A DNA stretch of 63,178 nucleotides, filler included, from Folioceros fuciformis (Eukaryota), in the NCBI GenBank assembly GCA_049999805.1. It is 4 parts of 4 records of this genome, joined end to end, with 100 filler letters (N's around TTAATTAATTAA, not from the genome) between each part and the next. Parts side by side here need not be neighbours in the genome. Positions count along the whole stretch, not along the records: positions 60,410 to 63,178 come from JBNGIO010005404.1; 3 more parts are not named here. One strand, given 5' to 3'. Position numbers and translations under genes: made by a program. This document shows, piece by piece, positions 60,410 to 63,178 of this stretch. How positions within the stretch are numbered: position 1 is the first letter of the stretch; each line of letters opens with the position of its first letter. Below the pieces are notes generated by a model, which saw only the letters and a list, made by a program, of their open reading frames with translations, ran no database searches and was not told where the DNA came from.

Positions 60410-63178
60410 CACGTCATCAAGTTCAGAATGTTGAGGTCTAAGCTTACCTCAAGTGGGACTGCAACCACTGAGATGTAGGCTGCTGTGGCCCTTCTCCTAT
60501 CCCTGCCTGATAGCTATCGAGTCTTTGTGAGCAATCACTGCACACATATGCGGAATGTGGCCCAGGCCACACCAGCAGGCCAGACACCTGCAGTTTCCCT
60601 CTCAGACCTGATTGGAGCCCTCCTGGAGGAAGAATCCACGAGGATAGCAAGCAAGGGTGGTACCTCCTCCAGAGGACAGTCCTCAAATCGAGTTCTCTTT
60701 TCGCATAGAGGCTCAAAAAGGCAGCCACCATGACAGGGATCACAGAACCAGAATGCTGGTGGCAGTGGGAGTTTCAAACGCCGCCCAACATCATCTGCTA
60801 ACAAGAAAAAGGGCTCTTGCAACTGGTGCCTGATCCCAGGCCATTGGGAGGCGGAGTGCAGGAAAAAGAAGGCGGGTGAGCCTCGCCGTACAGTTCCACC
60901 TGAAGCCAACATGGCATCTAGAAAGCCTAGCACAGTTCTAGCAGTATATATGGTGTCCACACCACAATACAGACATGCATGGTACCTCGATTCAGGTGCG
61001 TCGTCACATATTTGCCATACTAGATCAGCATTCTCTGAGTACAGAAAGGTCCCAAATGGTCAGGTTGTGCTCCTTGGTGACGACCGAGGTCTGCCAATTA
61101 AAGGAATAGGCAAAGTTCCTGTCCAAACCACAACTGGTAGAGTTGAAATCTTGCTAGAGGTTCTGGTCAAGAATTTGGTGTCAGTTTACCTGTTAGACGC
61201 ACAGCATAAATTGAGCACCATGTGTGAAAATGGTCAGTGCCATATTGTTGACCAGGCAAACAAGTCAGAAGTTTTTGCAATTGGGACACCAGAACACAAT
61301 CTTTACAAGCTGGATATTCAGTATGGGCATGGGAGACTATTGGCGAACCTGACACAGGCACAGAAGGATGAGCAGGATGCCAGGCTGTGGCATGCGCGAT
61401 TGGGACATACTAACTTTGACAAATTGAATATGATGGTCAACAGTGAAACACTTTACCGGGAAAGGTTCTTGATGAAGCCTGCGGAGAAGCCTTTCTGCGA
61501 GGCGTGCGTGTTTGGCAAACACCACCGAGCTCCATACAAAGACAGTAATCCAACACGTGCTACCAAGCTCTTGGAGCTAGTACACTTAGATATATGTGGA
61601 CCTATGTCCACAATGTCACTTGGTGGAGCCAGATATTTTCTGTCATTCATAGATGACTGGAGCCGATACACGGTAGTGTATCCCATCAAACAGAAGGGTC
61701 AAACTCTGGATTGTTTCATGGAGTTTGTTATGTTTGCACAGAGAGAAACAGGTCAGCTGCTGAAAGTCTTGAGAAGTGATAACGGAGGCGAGTACATCTC
61801 AGATGCCTTCACCAGCTTTTGCAAGAGACAAGGCATAGCCAGACAGCTGACGACTCCATACACGTCAACACAAAATCCCATAGCTGAAATTTCCAATCGG
61901 CATACACAGGAATCAGCAAAAGCAATGCTCCAGCAAGCACGACTTCCGAGAGGATACTGGGCTGAAGCAGTATGTACGGCAGTGTACATTAGGAACAGGG
62001 TTCCTACCAGTGTGTTCACAGGAGCAACTCCATATGAGCGCTGGACAAACCATAAGCCGAGAATCAATCATCTCAGAATATTTGGTGCAACAGCATATGC
62101 TCATCTGTCTGAGGATCAGCGAGTCAAGCTCGACTACAAGGCACGCAAGTACGTGTTTGTAGGCTACACGGAAGGAATCAAGGGGTACAAATTGATGGAC
62201 CCGCTCACCAGAGGCATAACTCATTGCCGGAGTGTGGTATTCGACGAGTTGTCTCTGCTCGTACCTCAACCTGAGCTTCCAGAGCGGATCCCTGCACAGA
62301 TTGCATCCACAAGTGAGGCATCAGAAAGAGAAAGTAGTGAGGAGACCTTCCAGCACACAAGTACTACAACTCAGTACGCACACGTACCTGCAGTTGCAAT
62401 CAACCAGCCTGCAAGTATTTTTCCGGATGACGATGATGGAGAAGCTTCTTATGACACCCAAGCTGAGATAGTTGCTGGTAATCCAAATGAGGAGGATACA
62501 GGTGACAGCCATACTGGCAGCCATGAGGAGGCTGTCGATACACAAACTGAACAGGGTTTTTCATCTGAAGTAGAGGTGGAATCAGCTCCAGAAGCTGTGG
62601 GTCCAAGACGAAGCAGCAGGAAGCACACTGCCTCACCCTACGAATGGGTAACACCACCTCTCTCATACAATTCGTTTCTGGTGCAGGATTATAGTGCATC
62701 AGATAATCTGTATGAGCCACAGTCATACAAAGAAGCAGTCAGCGGTCCAGAAGCTGCAAAGTGGGCTGCTGCAATTGAATCAGAGTACCAGTCTCTGATT
62801 GATAATAGGACGTGGGAACTGGTGGACTTACCTGCTGGCAGGAAACCTGTAACCTGCAAGTGGGTATTTAAAAAGAAGCTTGCTGCTGATGGCAGTATAG
62901 CGCGGTTTAAGGCTCGACTTGTGGCAAGAGGGTATAGCCAGGTGGAGGGCCTGGATTATACAGAAACCTTTTCACCTGTAGTCAGGGCAACCTCTGTTCG
63001 CACATTATTAGCAATTGCAGCACAAAGAGATTACGCCATGGAACACATGGACGTGAAGACTGCTTTCTTGAATGGAACCCTGGAAGAAACGATTTTCATG
63101 AATCAGCCAGAAGGTTTTGTAGACACCAAGCAGCCAGGAAAGGTATGCAGGCTCATTAAGACAATCTACGGACTAAAA
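60410..63178 (+). mobile_element. Ty1/copia gag-pol (gag, zinc knuckle, protease, integrase, start of RT), slightly degenerate, runs off the window end
   Basis: LLLSLPDSY; CNWCLIPGHWEAEC; WYLDSGASSHIC; LWHARLGH; VHLDICGPM; LRSDNGGEY; KWVFKKK; FKARLVARGYSQVEGLDY.ETFSPV; HMDVKTAFLNG; in-frame TGA at ~60731. Confidence 0.92.

Overview
Eukaryotic land-plant nuclear DNA. High gene density, ~100-bp introns and GC-rich exons suggest a compact seed-free plant genome such as a hornwort (inference only). At least four contigs are joined by artificial N44-TTAATTAATTAA-N44 linkers. In order, the window holds: a polyQ-rich ALOG/LSH transcription factor; a processed pseudogene of proteasome beta7 (PBG1); a ZTL/FKF1-type LOV-F-box-Kelch photoreceptor; a PM-ANT1-type nucleotide carrier; RAB3GAP2; a nested LTR-retrotransposon island; STAR1/ABCI17; thioredoxin-like 4; Cu/Zn SOD; RID3/WDR18; a DUF538 protein; an unknown plastid-type protein; a SOUL protein; an inositol polyphosphate 5-phosphatase; an anthranilate-PRT-like gene; CPN20; the 5' end of an ELF9/HTATSF1-like gene; and a second copia/gypsy island. 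The two most notable observations follow. (1) The whole spacer between the PM-ANT stop codon and the ZTL/FKF1 start codon parses as intron-exon-intron-exon with no AUG in the exons, suggesting a dicistronic or read-through carrier-photoreceptor mRNA. (2) An intact, intronless, AT-rich, highly diverged double-AP2 ORF sits between two gypsy remnants. Family calls rest on motif recognition from memory; no database searches were run.
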